From the NCBI GenBank assembly GCA_963699635.1, contig CAVOUQ010000018.1, positions 192,579-256,578 on the forward strand: a stretch of 64,000 nt of DNA. Direction: 5' to 3'. Positions 38,446 through 48,314 of this stretch are shown here, one piece after another. Origin of the DNA: an uncultured Actinomycetes bacterium. Lineage in GTDB: Bacteria; Actinomycetota; UBA4738; HRBIN12. The notes under the pieces were generated by a model. It had not been told where the DNA came from and did not search any database. It saw nothing but the letters and a program-made list of their open reading frames with translations. The position numbers and the translations under genes are program-made. Within the stretch, counting starts at the first letter, position 1. Every line of letters begins with the position of its first letter.

Positions 38446-40002
38446 TGGACGTCAACGAGGCCGCCCCGGAGCCGCAGCCGGCTGCGACCTGGCTCCAGAA
38501 CGGGTACCAGCTCCTCGTGATCGTCCCGACGATCACGTACCTGGCGGTGTCGCTTCCCGCACAGCGCGCGGCGCTCCAAGATGGGGACGTCCTGCTGTTC
38601 ATCCTCGCCGTCGCCGTCGTCGACCTGATCCCGGTGCCCGGGTGGGGGAACCTCCAGCTCTCCCTCAGCTTCCCGCTCCTGCTCGGCGTCGCGATCATCT
38701 TCCCGCCGCCGGTGGCCACGCTCATCGCGTTCGTGGGATCCGTGGATCCGCGGGAGTTCCGCCTCAAGGTGTCGTTGATCCGAGCGTTGTTCAACCGGAG
38801 CCAGATGGCGCTATCGATCCTGGGGGGCAGCCTCCTGTTCGATCTCATCGCCGAGCCGACATCCGTGTGGTACGCGGTGCTGTTCGGCATCGTCCTCGCG
38901 GCGACCGGCGCGTACGTGATCAACGCCTGGCTCGTCGCCCGGCTCGGGTCGCTCGCGAGCGGCCTGAGCATCCGCCAGGTGCTGATGCGGATGCACGGCA
39001 CGGCCCCGTACGAGTTCCTCCTGTCGTACATCGGGCTCGGCCTGTTCGGGGCCGTCATCGCCCAGTTCTACCTCTCTGACGGCTTCTGGTCGGTCATCGT
39101 GTTCCTCGGCCCGTTGGTGTTCGCCCGCCAGATGTACTTCCGCAGCCGAGCGCTCGCCGATCGGCTCGCCGAGCAGAACGAGATCCTCGCGGACCAGGCC
39201 AGCCGGCTCGAGGCCCTCCTGGAGAAGGAGCACCACACGGTCGACGAGCTCCGAGAGCTCAACCGGATGAAGGGCGAGTTCGTCGCGATCGTGTCGCACG
39301 AGCTCCGGACGCCGGTGACGGCGTTGATGGGCTACGCGAAGACCCTGCGCCAGCCGGAGTTCGCCGACGACCCCAAGATGCGCGACGAGTTCCTCGAGCG
39401 GATGGAGCGGCAGAGCGACCGACTCGTCCGCCTCGTCGAGAACCTCCTCACGGCCTCGAACCTGGAGAACAACCAGCTCCCGGTCTCCGTCGGGCGGGTG
39501 CTGTTCGAAGACCTGGTGCGCGAGATCATCGAGGGCCTCGCGACCGAGGCGAGCCGCGTCCACGTGAACGTCCCGGACGACCTGCCGGTGCTCACGACCG
39601 ACCGACAGGTCCTCTCGCGCGTGTTGCAGAACCTGGTCGACAACGCCCTCAAGTACTCGCCGGACGGATCCCCCTGCGAGCTCGAGGCGCGCCTGGAGGG
39701 CGACCACATCGTCTTCTGGGTCCGCGACTACGGGATCGGCATCTCGCCCGGAGGAGCTGCCCAAGATCTTCGACCGCTTCTACCAGGTCGACTCGTCCAG
39801 CACGCGAACGTTCCGAGGGGCGGGCCTCGGCCTCTCGCTCGTGCAGGATCTCCTCCAGCACCTCGGAGGAACGATCGAGGTCGACAGCGCCCCCGGGGAG
39901 GGCAGCCGCTTCATCGTGACGCTCCCCGTTCGGCACCCGCGAGCGACGACGGTGGACGCGCCCGCCGGCAAGCCGCCGAGCGACCTCGTCGCCAAGAGCT
40001 GA
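38445..40002 (+). CDS. Multi-TM sensor histidine kinase (frameshift near 39750)
   Basis: About 7 TM helices, H-box VSHELRTP, N-box NLVDNALKYS, DYGIG; shifted frame gives IFDRFYQ, GAGLGL, GEGSRF. Confidence 0.92.
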
Positions 40003-40016
40003 CCGGCGCGCGCCGC

Positions 40017-40280
40017 TCAGGTTCGGGTCTGCGCGGCTCGCCAGCGCTTCAGGTTCTCGATGTGCCCGAGCGGCTCGCTCGCGTGCGGGCACGTGAGCGG
40101 GTCCTCGCAGGACGAGTTGCCCTCCATCGTGAAGAAGTTGAAGCGGCAGGTGTCGCAGAACACGTCCAGCTCCTCGGGGAGGTAGGGGCACTCGCCCCAG
40201 GCGCACGAGCGACGCCCCTCGCCCGTCGCGATGTCGAACCCGCAGCCAGGGCACTGCGCGAAGCCTTCCCATCTCGGCAT
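40017..40280 (-). CDS. 87-aa cysteine-rich protein with two tandem Cys4 repeats
   Basis: GGAGG RBS; CPGCGF..TGEG..SC....CP and CDTCRF..TMEG..SC.....CP. Confidence 0.75.
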   Translation of the reverse strand: MPRWEGFAQCPGCGFDIATGEGRRSCAWGECPYLPEELDVFCDTCRFNFFTMEGNSSCEDPLTCPHASEPLGHIENLKRWRAAQTRT

Positions 40281-40393
40281 GGCCGTCGCCTCCACCTCCT
40301 TGGTACGCCGGCCTGCCGGCGTCCGAGAGGGCCGGACGGCCCCCCACGGCCACCCCAAGCGGTCCTCATCCGCGCTCGCACCCCGCAGCTCGA

Positions 40394-40523
40394 TTGACTC
40401 GGGATCTCGTCATCCGCATACTCGCCCGGATGGCATAGCTCCTCTCGGGCGTCCTGGTAACGCGCGACCGCAAGCGTCGCATGACGCCCGTTGGCCTTTC
40501 CGACGAGCGAGAGGAGCATTCCA
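40394..40523 (+). promoter_or_regulatory. Promoter, leaderless Met-Ala-stop uORF and RBS-sequestering leader of the MFS gene
   Basis: TTGACT-17-CATACT; ATGGCATAG at 40430-38; GCTCCTCTCG (40438-47) complementary to CGAGAGGAGC (40508-17), which contains the SD. Confidence 0.7.
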
Positions 40524-41816
40524 TTGAACCGCCGGTTCGCCCGACGTCTCCCTGCCAGGACCGTCTACCTGCTGATCGAGACGGCCCACGGATTCCTGTT
40601 CACGATGATGGGCACCGTCTTCTCGATCTACGTGATCCTGGAGGCGGGCCTCTCCCCGTTCCGGCTGCTGATGCTCGGGACGGCGCTCGAGCTCACGATC
40701 CTCCTGTTCGAGGTGCCGACCGGGGTCGTCGCCGACACCGTGAGCCGGCGGCTCTCCGTGATCGTCGGACTCGCCCTGACCGGCCTCGGCTTCGCGATCA
40801 CGGGCGCGTTCCAGGAGTTCGCGCTACTCGTCGCCGGCCAGTCGCTCTGGGGTCTCGGCTGGACGTTCATGAGCGGAGCCGAGGAGGCGTGGATCACCGA
40901 CGAGGTCGGCGAGCCGGCGGCGGCGCCGATCTACCTTCGCGGGGCGCAGGCCTGGCAGGTGGGCGCCCTTGCCGGGATCCCGGCGGCGGTGGGCCTGGGT
41001 GCGTTCGGTCTCGGCCTCCCGCTCGTCGCATCGGGGATCGGGTTCGGGATCCTCGCGCTCGTGCTCGTCGTCGTGATGCCGGAGACGAACTTCCATCGCG
41101 CGATGAACGGAGAGCGCAAGCGGCTGGTCCGGACGTTCGGAGACGGCGTCCGCGTGGTTCGCGGCAGCCACGTGCTCGTCCTCGTGCTGCTCGTCGCGGC
41201 GCTGCACGGCATGGCGACCGAGGGCTTCGACCGGCTCTCGCAGCTCCACCTGCTGGAGGGAACGTCGTTCCCCGACGTTGGGCGGCTCGGCCTCGTCGCG
41301 TGGTTCGGCGCGATCGAGGCGGTCGGCCTCATCCTGGCGATCGTGGCCGCGGAGATCCTCAAGCGCCGCGCCGACATCGGCAGCCATGCGGGCGCGACGC
41401 GCGTGCTGATGGGGATCGACACCGCGCTGATCGTGTCGGTCGTGGCCTTCGCCTGGCTGGGGGTCTTCTGGATCGCGCTCTGCGCGTTCTGGGTCGTGGC
41501 CTTCCTGCGCGAGATCCGTCAGCCGGTCTTCACGGCATGGCTGAACCGGGGGCTCGACCCGTCGACCCGCGCGACGGTGAACTCGATGGGCGGCCAGATG
41601 GACGCGGTCGGTCAGATCGCCGGCGGACCGACGATCGGCGCCGTCACGGTCTGGTGGGGCGTGCCCGCCGCGATCGCAGTTGCGGGTGTGCTCCGCGCCC
41701 CCGCGCTCGCCCTCTACGCACGGGCGCTGCGACGGGGTGGACACGAGGCGGAGGGGCCGGAGCCGATCGCCGTTCCGGTCGAGCTCGACGTGACGGGGAT
41801 GCCGAATCCCGAGTGA
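40524..41816 (+). CDS. MFS efflux transporter, TetA(P)/DHA3-like
   Basis: GTALE..LFEVPTGVVAD..SRRLS, SGAEEAWITDE, EGFDRL, RATVNS..Q.DAVGQIAGGP; TTG start with GAGGAG RBS. Confidence 0.85.
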   Translation: MNRRFARRLPARTVYLLIETAHGFLFTMMGTVFSIYVILEAGLSPFRLLMLGTALELTILLFEVPTGVVADTVSRRLSVIVGLALTGLGFAITGAFQEFALLVAGQSLWGLGWTFMSGAEEAWITDEVGEPAAAPIYLRGAQAWQVGALAGIPAAVGLGAFGLGLPLVASGIGFGILALVLVVVMPETNFHRAMNGERKRLVRTFGDGVRVVRGSHVLVLVLLVAALHGMATEGFDRLSQLHLLEGTSFPDVGRLGLVAWFGAIEAVGLILAIVAAEILKRRADIGSHAGATRVLMGIDTALIVSVVAFAWLGVFWIALCAFWVVAFLREIRQPVFTAWLNRGLDPSTRATVNSMGGQMDAVGQIAGGPTIGAVTVWWGVPAAIAVAGVLRAPALALYARALRRGGHEAEGPEPIAVPVELDVTGMPNPE

Positions 41817-41846
41817 CGATCGCCCAAGGGGACGCCGGCGTCCGAG

Positions 41847-42410
41847 CTAGGCGGGTGCCGACTTCAACCCCTTCAGCTGGAACGCCACCACGAGCTCGGT
41901 GATCCCGCGTGTCAGCGAGGCGATGCCGACCCAAAGGACCAGGAGCACGGCCGAGCGCCCCGGGTAGCCGGCGGCCCAGAACGCGATCACGATGTTCAGG
42001 ATCCCGACCACCAGCTGCACCCACCACAGCTCCTGACCCTTCGTCGCGAACGCGATGATGATGTCGAGCGTCCCCTTGAACAACAGGAACCAGGCGACCA
42101 GGTTGGCAAGCACGACGAACGTCTCGTCCGGCCACGCGATCGCGAGGACACCGGTGATGATGAACAGGATGCCGAGGACGGCGTGCAGCCATCGCCAGCC
42201 CCTCATCACGACCATGATCATGAACTCGTTGAACCCGGCCACGATGAAGGCGAAGCCGGCCAGCCAGCCGATCGCCTTGACCGACCGGAGGTCGAACTGC
42301 AGCACCATCAGCGAGAACAGGATCCACAGGGTCCCGGTGACGAGGAAGAGCCACCACCAGCTCGCCAGCTCGCCGCGAGCCTCCTGGATCTCAGCCTGCA
42401 TCGTCGCCAT
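41847..42410 (-). CDS. HdeD/DUF308 family membrane protein
   Basis: WWWLFLVTG, six TM helices, RGITELVVAF. Confidence 0.82.
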   Translation of the reverse strand: MATMQAEIQEARGELASWWWLFLVTGTLWILFSLMVLQFDLRSVKAIGWLAGFAFIVAGFNEFMIMVVMRGWRWLHAVLGILFIITGVLAIAWPDETFVVLANLVAWFLLFKGTLDIIIAFATKGQELWWVQLVVGILNIVIAFWAAGYPGRSAVLLVLWVGIASLTRGITELVVAFQLKGLKSAPA

Positions 42411-42588
42411 CTCGAGCTCCTTCCCCCCGCTTGCCTCGCGAGCCTAGACTCCAGCCAACCCCTCCTCAAGCAACATCGACGGGGGGGCCGAGCTCGATTT
42501 TGCCGTGGTCCCTGCTTGTGGTGGAATACGTGCTGCCAATCGCGGCGACACCGACGGGCCGAGGTGGCCCCAGGCGGAAGGGGAATCG

Positions 42589-42957
42589 ATGGTTGCGGAC
42601 TGGTCGTTCGGCGACGTGCTGTGGGCGATGGTGGTGTTCTTCTTCTGGTTCATGTTCATCTGGATGTTCATCGCGGTCTTCGCGGACATCTTCCGGCGCA
42701 ACGACATCTCCGGGGGCGTGAAGGCCGGCTGGATCATCCTGATCGTGATCCTGCCGCTGTTCGGGATCCTGATCTACATGATCGCCCGGCCGAAGATGAC
42801 CGAGCAGGACAAGCAGATGCTCGAGCAGATGGAGCAGCAGCAGCGGCGGGCGCAGGGCTATTCGTCGGCGGACGAGATCGCCAAGCTCGCCGCGCTCCGC
42901 GACGCGGGCACGATCTCCGCCGCGGAGTACGAGCAGATGAAGGCAAAGGCCATGTGA
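42589..42957 (+). CDS. PLDc_N + SHOCT domain protein
   Basis: DIFRRNDISGGVKAGW..LPLFG.LIY.IARP; ADEIAKLAALRDAGTISAAEYEQMKAK. Confidence 0.88.
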   Translation: MVADWSFGDVLWAMVVFFFWFMFIWMFIAVFADIFRRNDISGGVKAGWIILIVILPLFGILIYMIARPKMTEQDKQMLEQMEQQQRRAQGYSSADEIAKLAALRDAGTISAAEYEQMKAKAM

Positions 42958-42988
42958 TGGCACGGATGGCCGATCCGGAAGTGGGACG

Positions 42989-43618
42989 ATGAGCGAGCGG
43001 CCGGCGGGCGGCGGTTGGGGGAGCTTCGCCGCGATCGTCTTCATCGTCGCCGGCACCTCGAACGCCATCCAGGGCCTGAGCGCCCTGTTCAACCGGGAGT
43101 ACTTCGCCGAGGACGGACTCCTGTACCAGAACCTCGGGTTCTGGGCGGTCGTGTGGCTGATCATCGGGCTGCTCCAGATCGGAGCGGCGTCGCTGCTGAT
43201 CGGGCGACAGCGGGGGGGCCGGACGCTCGGAATCGTCCTCGCGGCGCTCGGGGCGGTCGTGCAGTTCGTCTCGATCGGCGCCTACCCCTTCTGGTCGTTC
43301 GCCCTGCTCGCCATGGACCTGCTGATCCTGTACGGCCTCACCGTGCACCCCGAGGCGTACGGGGATGGCGAGCGCATCGTGGCGAACCCCACCGCCGGAG
43401 GCGCGCATGGACGCCCCGCCGCCGATGTTCTGAGTGAGGAGCCGGCCGAGGCCGAACCATCTGGTGCCGGGACCACCCGGCTCGGGGCGATGACCGACAT
43501 GGTGCTCGCGACGGCACGCCGAACCCGTCTCTCGACGGACCTCGAGGAACGCGGCGCCGTGCACCGGCGGGTGCACGACGCGGTGGAGGCGTTCCGCTCT
43601 CGTTCCGGCGCCTCGTGA
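42989..43618 (+). CDS. DUF7144-like membrane protein
   Basis: GWGSFAA, GRTLGIVLA, YPFWS, ILYGLTVH; paralog of 60111-60509; 3' extension doubtful. Confidence 0.7.
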   Translation: MSERPAGGGWGSFAAIVFIVAGTSNAIQGLSALFNREYFAEDGLLYQNLGFWAVVWLIIGLLQIGAASLLIGRQRGGRTLGIVLAALGAVVQFVSIGAYPFWSFALLAMDLLILYGLTVHPEAYGDGERIVANPTAGGAHGRPAADVLSEEPAEAEPSGAGTTRLGAMTDMVLATARRTRLSTDLEERGAVHRRVHDAVEAFRSRSGAS

Positions 43619-43669
43619 GACACGGCGAAGCCGCGCGTCACGTAGGCCTCCGCGGAAGGAGCCTCGGGT

Positions 43670-43922
43670 TCAGATCCCGAGAATCTGCTTCTTCTTCGCC
43701 TGGAACTCCTCTTCGGTGAGGATGCCTTGGTCCTTCATCTTGGCGAGCTGCTGGATCTCGGCCAGCGGGTCCTGCTCGGCAGTGGCGGCGGGCGCCGGAG
43801 CTGCGGGCGCCGGAGCGGCCACGGGGGCCGGAGCGGCGGCGGGGGGTGGTGCTTGCGCCGCGGACATGCCGCCTCGACGTGCGCCGCGCGGTCCGCCTGG
43901 CGACCCTTCTTCCTCCCATCAT
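43670..43922 (-). CDS. SHOCT domain protein (frameshift near 43868)
   Basis: MMGGRRVARRTARRTSRR, Pro/Ala linker, LAKMKDQGILTEEEFQAKKKQILGI. Confidence 0.8.
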
Positions 43923-43959
43923 GAGCGTGCCCTCCTTCGATCTGCTCGACTGGTGGTTG

Positions 43960-44493
43960 CTACGACCTCGATTCGGCGTCCGCGAGCGCCTTGGCCTCTT
44001 CGGCGGCGACGAGTCCGACCGCGACGAGGTCCAGGGGGCTGATGAAGCTCTCGGCGATGCGGAAACCGCCCGCGCGCGCGACGGCGTCACGGAGCCCGAT
44101 CGCCCAGCGATGCTCGAGAAGGATGAGCGCGGCCGCCGCGTCGTTCGGCAGCTCCTCCAAGACGTCCCAGGCATCCTCCTCCGAGAACACGTCGATGCCA
44201 TCGGACGCAGCCTCGGCCCCGGCGGTCGCGCCGGCCGCCATGCCCTCCTCGCCGGCCGCCCCCAGGCCCACGAGCGCTCCGACGACGGCCCCGAACTCCT
44301 CCGCTTCCTTCTTTGAGAGCTGACTTCCCTTCAGCGCGATGACCTCTCCGTCCGCGTCCTTGTAGACGGCGAGCGCGTCGATCACGCGCACCATGTCGCT
44401 GTTCCGCAACCGCTCGAGCTCGTCGATGATCTCGCCCTGGAAATCGGGCTTGTCGAACCCGAGCGCGAGCAGCTGTACCGGTCCGATCGTCAT
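43960..44493 (-). CDS. DUF6325/DUF1269-like acidic protein
   Basis: MTIGPVQLLALGF, VRVID, AALILLEHRWA..LRDAVARAGG. Confidence 0.75.
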   Translation of the reverse strand: MTIGPVQLLALGFDKPDFQGEIIDELERLRNSDMVRVIDALAVYKDADGEVIALKGSQLSKKEAEEFGAVVGALVGLGAAGEEGMAAGATAGAEAASDGIDVFSEEDAWDVLEELPNDAAAALILLEHRWAIGLRDAVARAGGFRIAESFISPLDLVAVGLVAAEEAKALADAESRS

Positions 44494-44634
44494 CTCGTTC
44501 CTCCCCTCCGTCATCGTGGCCCCGATTGCAGTCCCCGAGAACAGCTCATCCGTCCGTCGACGGTTTCGCGAATCGCCTGCACGGGCCATCTGTGACACGG
44601 CGTTCTTCCACGAGCCGTCTCGTGCGCAGGGAGT

Positions 44635-44925
44635 CTACACCGGCTCTTCAGATCGTGAATCCGCCTCGAGCCGCCGCCGGGCTTGCATCGTCTCCGCCGC
44701 CACCCGTCGGTCCTGCTCCGTCATCGTCGGCCGCACGATCACGTAGACCAGAACCCCGAGCAGCGGGAACAGGACGATCAGAAGGATCCAGACTGCCTTG
44801 CCCATGCCGGACAGGTCGTTACGCCGGAAGACGTCACCGAAGACGACGATGAACAACCAGAGGACCGCGAACCAGAAGAAGAGGGCGAGCATCAACCCAA
44901 GGAAGTCACCGAAGGACCCGTCCAC
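44635..44925 (-). CDS. PLDc_N domain small membrane protein (paralog of 42589-42957)
   Basis: DVFRRNDLSGMGKAVW..FPLLGVLVYVIVRP.MTEQD; AGGAGG RBS. Confidence 0.8.
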   Translation of the reverse strand: MDGSFGDFLGLMLALFFWFAVLWLFIVVFGDVFRRNDLSGMGKAVWILLIVLFPLLGVLVYVIVRPTMTEQDRRVAAETMQARRRLEADSRSEEPV

Positions 44926-45049
44926 CCGACACCTCCTTCCCGATGCGCTCCACACGAGCGCACGTGCGAGAGCAAGACGCTCACTGTTGCGGATCAGACG
45001 CTACCCGTGCCGGGCATCTGCTCCCGCCGCGCGTAGGCCCGCGCGTAGA

Positions 45050-46600
45050 CTAGTGACCGGTCGTGAACGACGCCTCGAGCTTTTCCATCGCCTGGTCGAC
45101 GGAGAAGCTGGGCGCCTTCATTCGAGGCTGGAAGTCCTTGAAGGTGGCCAGGAAGCGGCCGGTCACGATCTGGGCGCCCGCGACCATGTACGCCCGTTCG
45201 AGGAACCACTCGTAGTAGGTGTTGGAAGTGATGTCCGCCCGCTCGAACGGGTCGGTGCGGAGGTTGAAGAGCTTGGGCACTCGGAGCGGCGTGAACGGCT
45301 CGGCCCAGATCCGCAACGTCCCCTGCACCCGCTGCTCCATGAACACGACCTTCCAGTTGTCGAACCGGAGCGCGACCAGGTCGCCGTCGTCGGAGAAGTA
45401 GAAGAACCCGTCGCGCTCGCTCTTGGCGACCTGCCCGGTCAGGTACGGCAGGAGGTTGTAGCCGTCGAGGTGCACCTTGAAACGCTTCGAGCCGGCCCGG
45501 TGGCCCTTGACGAGCTTGCCCTTGACGTCCGGCTCCCCCGCCGCCGCCAGGAAGGTCGGCAGCCAGTCCAGGTGCGCGACGATCTCGTTGGAGATCGCTC
45601 CCGCCTCGATCTTGCCGGGCCAGCGGATCATGCACGGCACGCGGAAGGCGCCCTCCCAGTTGGAGTTCTTCTCGTTGCGGAACGGCGTCATGCCGGCGTC
45701 CGGCCAGCTGTTCATGTGGGGACCGTTGTCGGTGCTGTACATGACGATGGTGTCGTCGGCGATCTCCAGCTTGTCGAGGAGGTCGAGGAGGGTCCCGACG
45801 TTCCGGTCGTGGTCGATCATCGTGTCGTGGTAGGGGGACTGCCACCGGCCGGCCTGGCCGAGGCTCCGCTTCTTGGTGTGGGTGCGGAAGTGCATGTGCG
45901 TCGTGTTGACCCAGGCGAAGAACGGCTTTCCGGCCTTGTGCTGCTTGCGGATGAAGTCGGACGCGGCGGCGACGAAGTCATCGTCGCAGGTCTCCATTCG
46001 CTTCCTCGTCAGCGGCCCCGTGTCGACGATGCGCTGCGCCCCGTCGGCCTTCGCCCAGCTGTGGATCACCCCGCGAGGGTGGTACAGCTTGTTGAACTCC
46101 GGAAAGTCCTTCGGGTCCGGGAAGTCGGGGCTCTCGGGCTCCTCCTCGGCGTTCAGGTGATAGAGGTTGCCGAAGAACTCGTCGAACCCGTGCGCCGTCG
46201 GCAGGTGCTCGTCGCGATCCCCCAGGTGGTTCTTCCCGAACTGGCCGGTCGCGTAGCCGAGCGGCTTGAGCAGGTCGGCGATCGTGGGATCCGCGGCCTG
46301 GATCCCGACCGGCGACCCCGGGATGCCCACCTTCGACAGCCCGGTACGGAAGACGCTCTGTCCGGTGATGAACGCCGACCGCCCGGCCGTGCAGCTCTGC
46401 TCGCCGTACGCGTCGGTGAACCGCATCCCCTCCGCCGCGAGACGATCGATGTTCGGCGTCCGGTATCCCATCAGCCCGTCGCTGTAGCAGCTGAGGTTCG
46501 TCATACCGATGTCGTCGCCCCAGATCACCAAGATGTTCGGCTGGTCACCTCGGGACCTTCGAGCGCCGCCCGACTTCGGAGCCGTTCGCTTGGCTGGCAT
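45050..46600 (-). CDS. Arylsulfatase (Cys-type, CxAxR)
   Basis: PNILVIWGDDIG, SCTAGRSAFITG, GKNHLG, STDNG, WEGAFRVP. Confidence 0.95.
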   Translation of the reverse strand: MPAKRTAPKSGGARRSRGDQPNILVIWGDDIGMTNLSCYSDGLMGYRTPNIDRLAAEGMRFTDAYGEQSCTAGRSAFITGQSVFRTGLSKVGIPGSPVGIQAADPTIADLLKPLGYATGQFGKNHLGDRDEHLPTAHGFDEFFGNLYHLNAEEEPESPDFPDPKDFPEFNKLYHPRGVIHSWAKADGAQRIVDTGPLTRKRMETCDDDFVAAASDFIRKQHKAGKPFFAWVNTTHMHFRTHTKKRSLGQAGRWQSPYHDTMIDHDRNVGTLLDLLDKLEIADDTIVMYSTDNGPHMNSWPDAGMTPFRNEKNSNWEGAFRVPCMIRWPGKIEAGAISNEIVAHLDWLPTFLAAAGEPDVKGKLVKGHRAGSKRFKVHLDGYNLLPYLTGQVAKSERDGFFYFSDDGDLVALRFDNWKVVFMEQRVQGTLRIWAEPFTPLRVPKLFNLRTDPFERADITSNTYYEWFLERAYMVAGAQIVTGRFLATFKDFQPRMKAPSFSVDQAMEKLEASFTTGH

Positions 46601-46637
46601 GAATGCTTCCCCTTTCTCGACGAGAGTCGACCGGCCG

Positions 46638-47638
46638 TCAGGCCTCCGCGCGCCCTCGCTCAGATTCGGGAACCCGGACGACGCATCGAAAACCCAGGTG
46701 CGCCATCGACGAGTCCACCATCTGTGCCTGCCGCGCCGCGGGCCGGTAGCGGAGGCAGTAGTTGGGTGCGCACAGGTGCGATCCCCCTTTGGACACCCGG
46801 CGCGGGATGTGCTCCCCGGGTTGCCCGAGGGCATAGCTGTCCTCGCGCGAGGTCACGCGCGGATTCTGGGGCACACAGCAGGGGCTCTGGACCTCGTCCG
46901 GGTGGCGCGGGTGAACCAGTCCGAGGTCCACTCCCAGACGTTGCCCGTCATGTCGTAGAGCCCGTAGGCGTTGGGTGCGAAGCTCCCGACCGGGGATGTG
47001 CCCTCGAAGCCGTCGATCTTGAGGTTCTGCCACGGGAACTCGCCCTGCCACGTGTTCGCCATCGCCTTCCCGTTCGGGAAGTGCTCATCCCCCCACGCGA
47101 AGACCGCGCCCTCGATCCCTCCCCGAGCCGCGAACTCCCACTCGGCCTCGGTGGGCAGCTCCTTGCCGATCCAGGTCGCGTAGGCCTCGACGTCCTCGTA
47201 GGCAACGTGGACGACCGGGTGACGGTCACGCCCGTTGATCGTGGTCCCCGGCCCACCCGGTCGCTTCCAGTTCGTCCCCGGCCGGTACTCCCACCAGTTG
47301 CGGTAGTCGTCGAGGTCGACCGGTCCGGCGGTCTTGCGAAAGACGAGTGAGCCCGGAACGAGCAGATCAGGGTCGGCGTCGGGATACTGCTCGGGGTCGA
47401 GCGGGCGCTCGGCAATCGTGACGTACCTCGTCTCCCGCACGAATCGCCGGAAGTCCGCCGCCGTGACGAGGCGCTCGTCCATCCAGAACCCATCCACTGA
47501 GACCCGATGGGCGGGCCGCTCCTCCGGATAGAAGTCTTCCGAGCCCATGAGGAAGGTCCCGCCCGGGATCCATCTCATGCCGTCGTCGGGCGGCACCTCC
47601 GGCGAGCGCTTCCGCTCTCTTCCGAGTACCTCAGCCAT
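46638..47638 (-). CDS. Formylglycine-generating enzyme (frameshift near 46905)
   Basis: FLMGS, HPVVHV, LPTEAEWEFAARGG, GNVWEW, KGGSHLCAPNYCLRYRPAAR, HLGFRC. Confidence 0.93.
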
Positions 47639-47673
47639 GTCGAGCCCGCATCGGTCCGGTCACTCGCGCGCCA

Positions 47674-47946
47674 TCAACGCGATCGCTTCCTTCTCCAAGT
47701 CGACGGCGAGCACAGGGTCGTCGTATGCCAGTTCGTGTGGGTCAGCCCAGTCTCGGCGAGCTTGTTGATGTTCGGCGTCTCGATCAGGCCGCCCCACGGC
47801 TCCATCGAGGAGAATCCCGTGTCGTCCAGCACGATGTACAGGACGTTGGGTGCGCCCTCCGGGGCGACCGGCTGGAGATAGGGCTCCCAAGCCGGGACCG
47901 AGTCCCGATCGTCGATGTTGATCGTGCCCTTGAACGGCTTGGTCAT
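47674..47946 (-). pseudogene. Truncated second arylsulfatase (N-terminus only)
   Basis: APEGAPNVLYIVLDDTGF..TPNI..WHTTTLCSP, then similarity is lost. Confidence 0.85.
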
Positions 47947-48059
47947 GACCGATTCTTCCTACCCTCGTGCCGTCGCCGGCTCGTCGCTCGCCGCCCGGAC
48001 CTCCACGGACGCAGACGGCGACTCTACCCGCCGGGTGGAAGTCTCGCCGAGCCTGCTAC

Positions 48060-48300
48060 CGTGCGCGCCGTGCCGACCGACGCGGAGACCCTCGCCTTCC
48101 TCGATCTCACGTCGCCGAGGCCCTGACACAGCTCAACGAGTCGCTTCATGCGGACGGCAACGGCTGCTGCTCGCCCACGACATCGGCCAGGTCCAGGACG
48201 TGCTTCGCACCTCGGGCGAAGAGAAGGAACTGGAGATCTATCCGTCCGTGACGGAGGCGATCCGGCGATGCACGGGTCGCGAGGGAGCCGACGACATCCA
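48060..48300 (+). pseudogene. STAS-domain remnant (SulP C-terminus-like)
   Basis: DAETLAFLDLT / ALTQLNESLHADG / LLLAHDIGQVQDVL..IYPSVTEAI spread over three frames. Confidence 0.55.
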
Positions 48301-48314
48301 GGGAGGAGCCCTCG

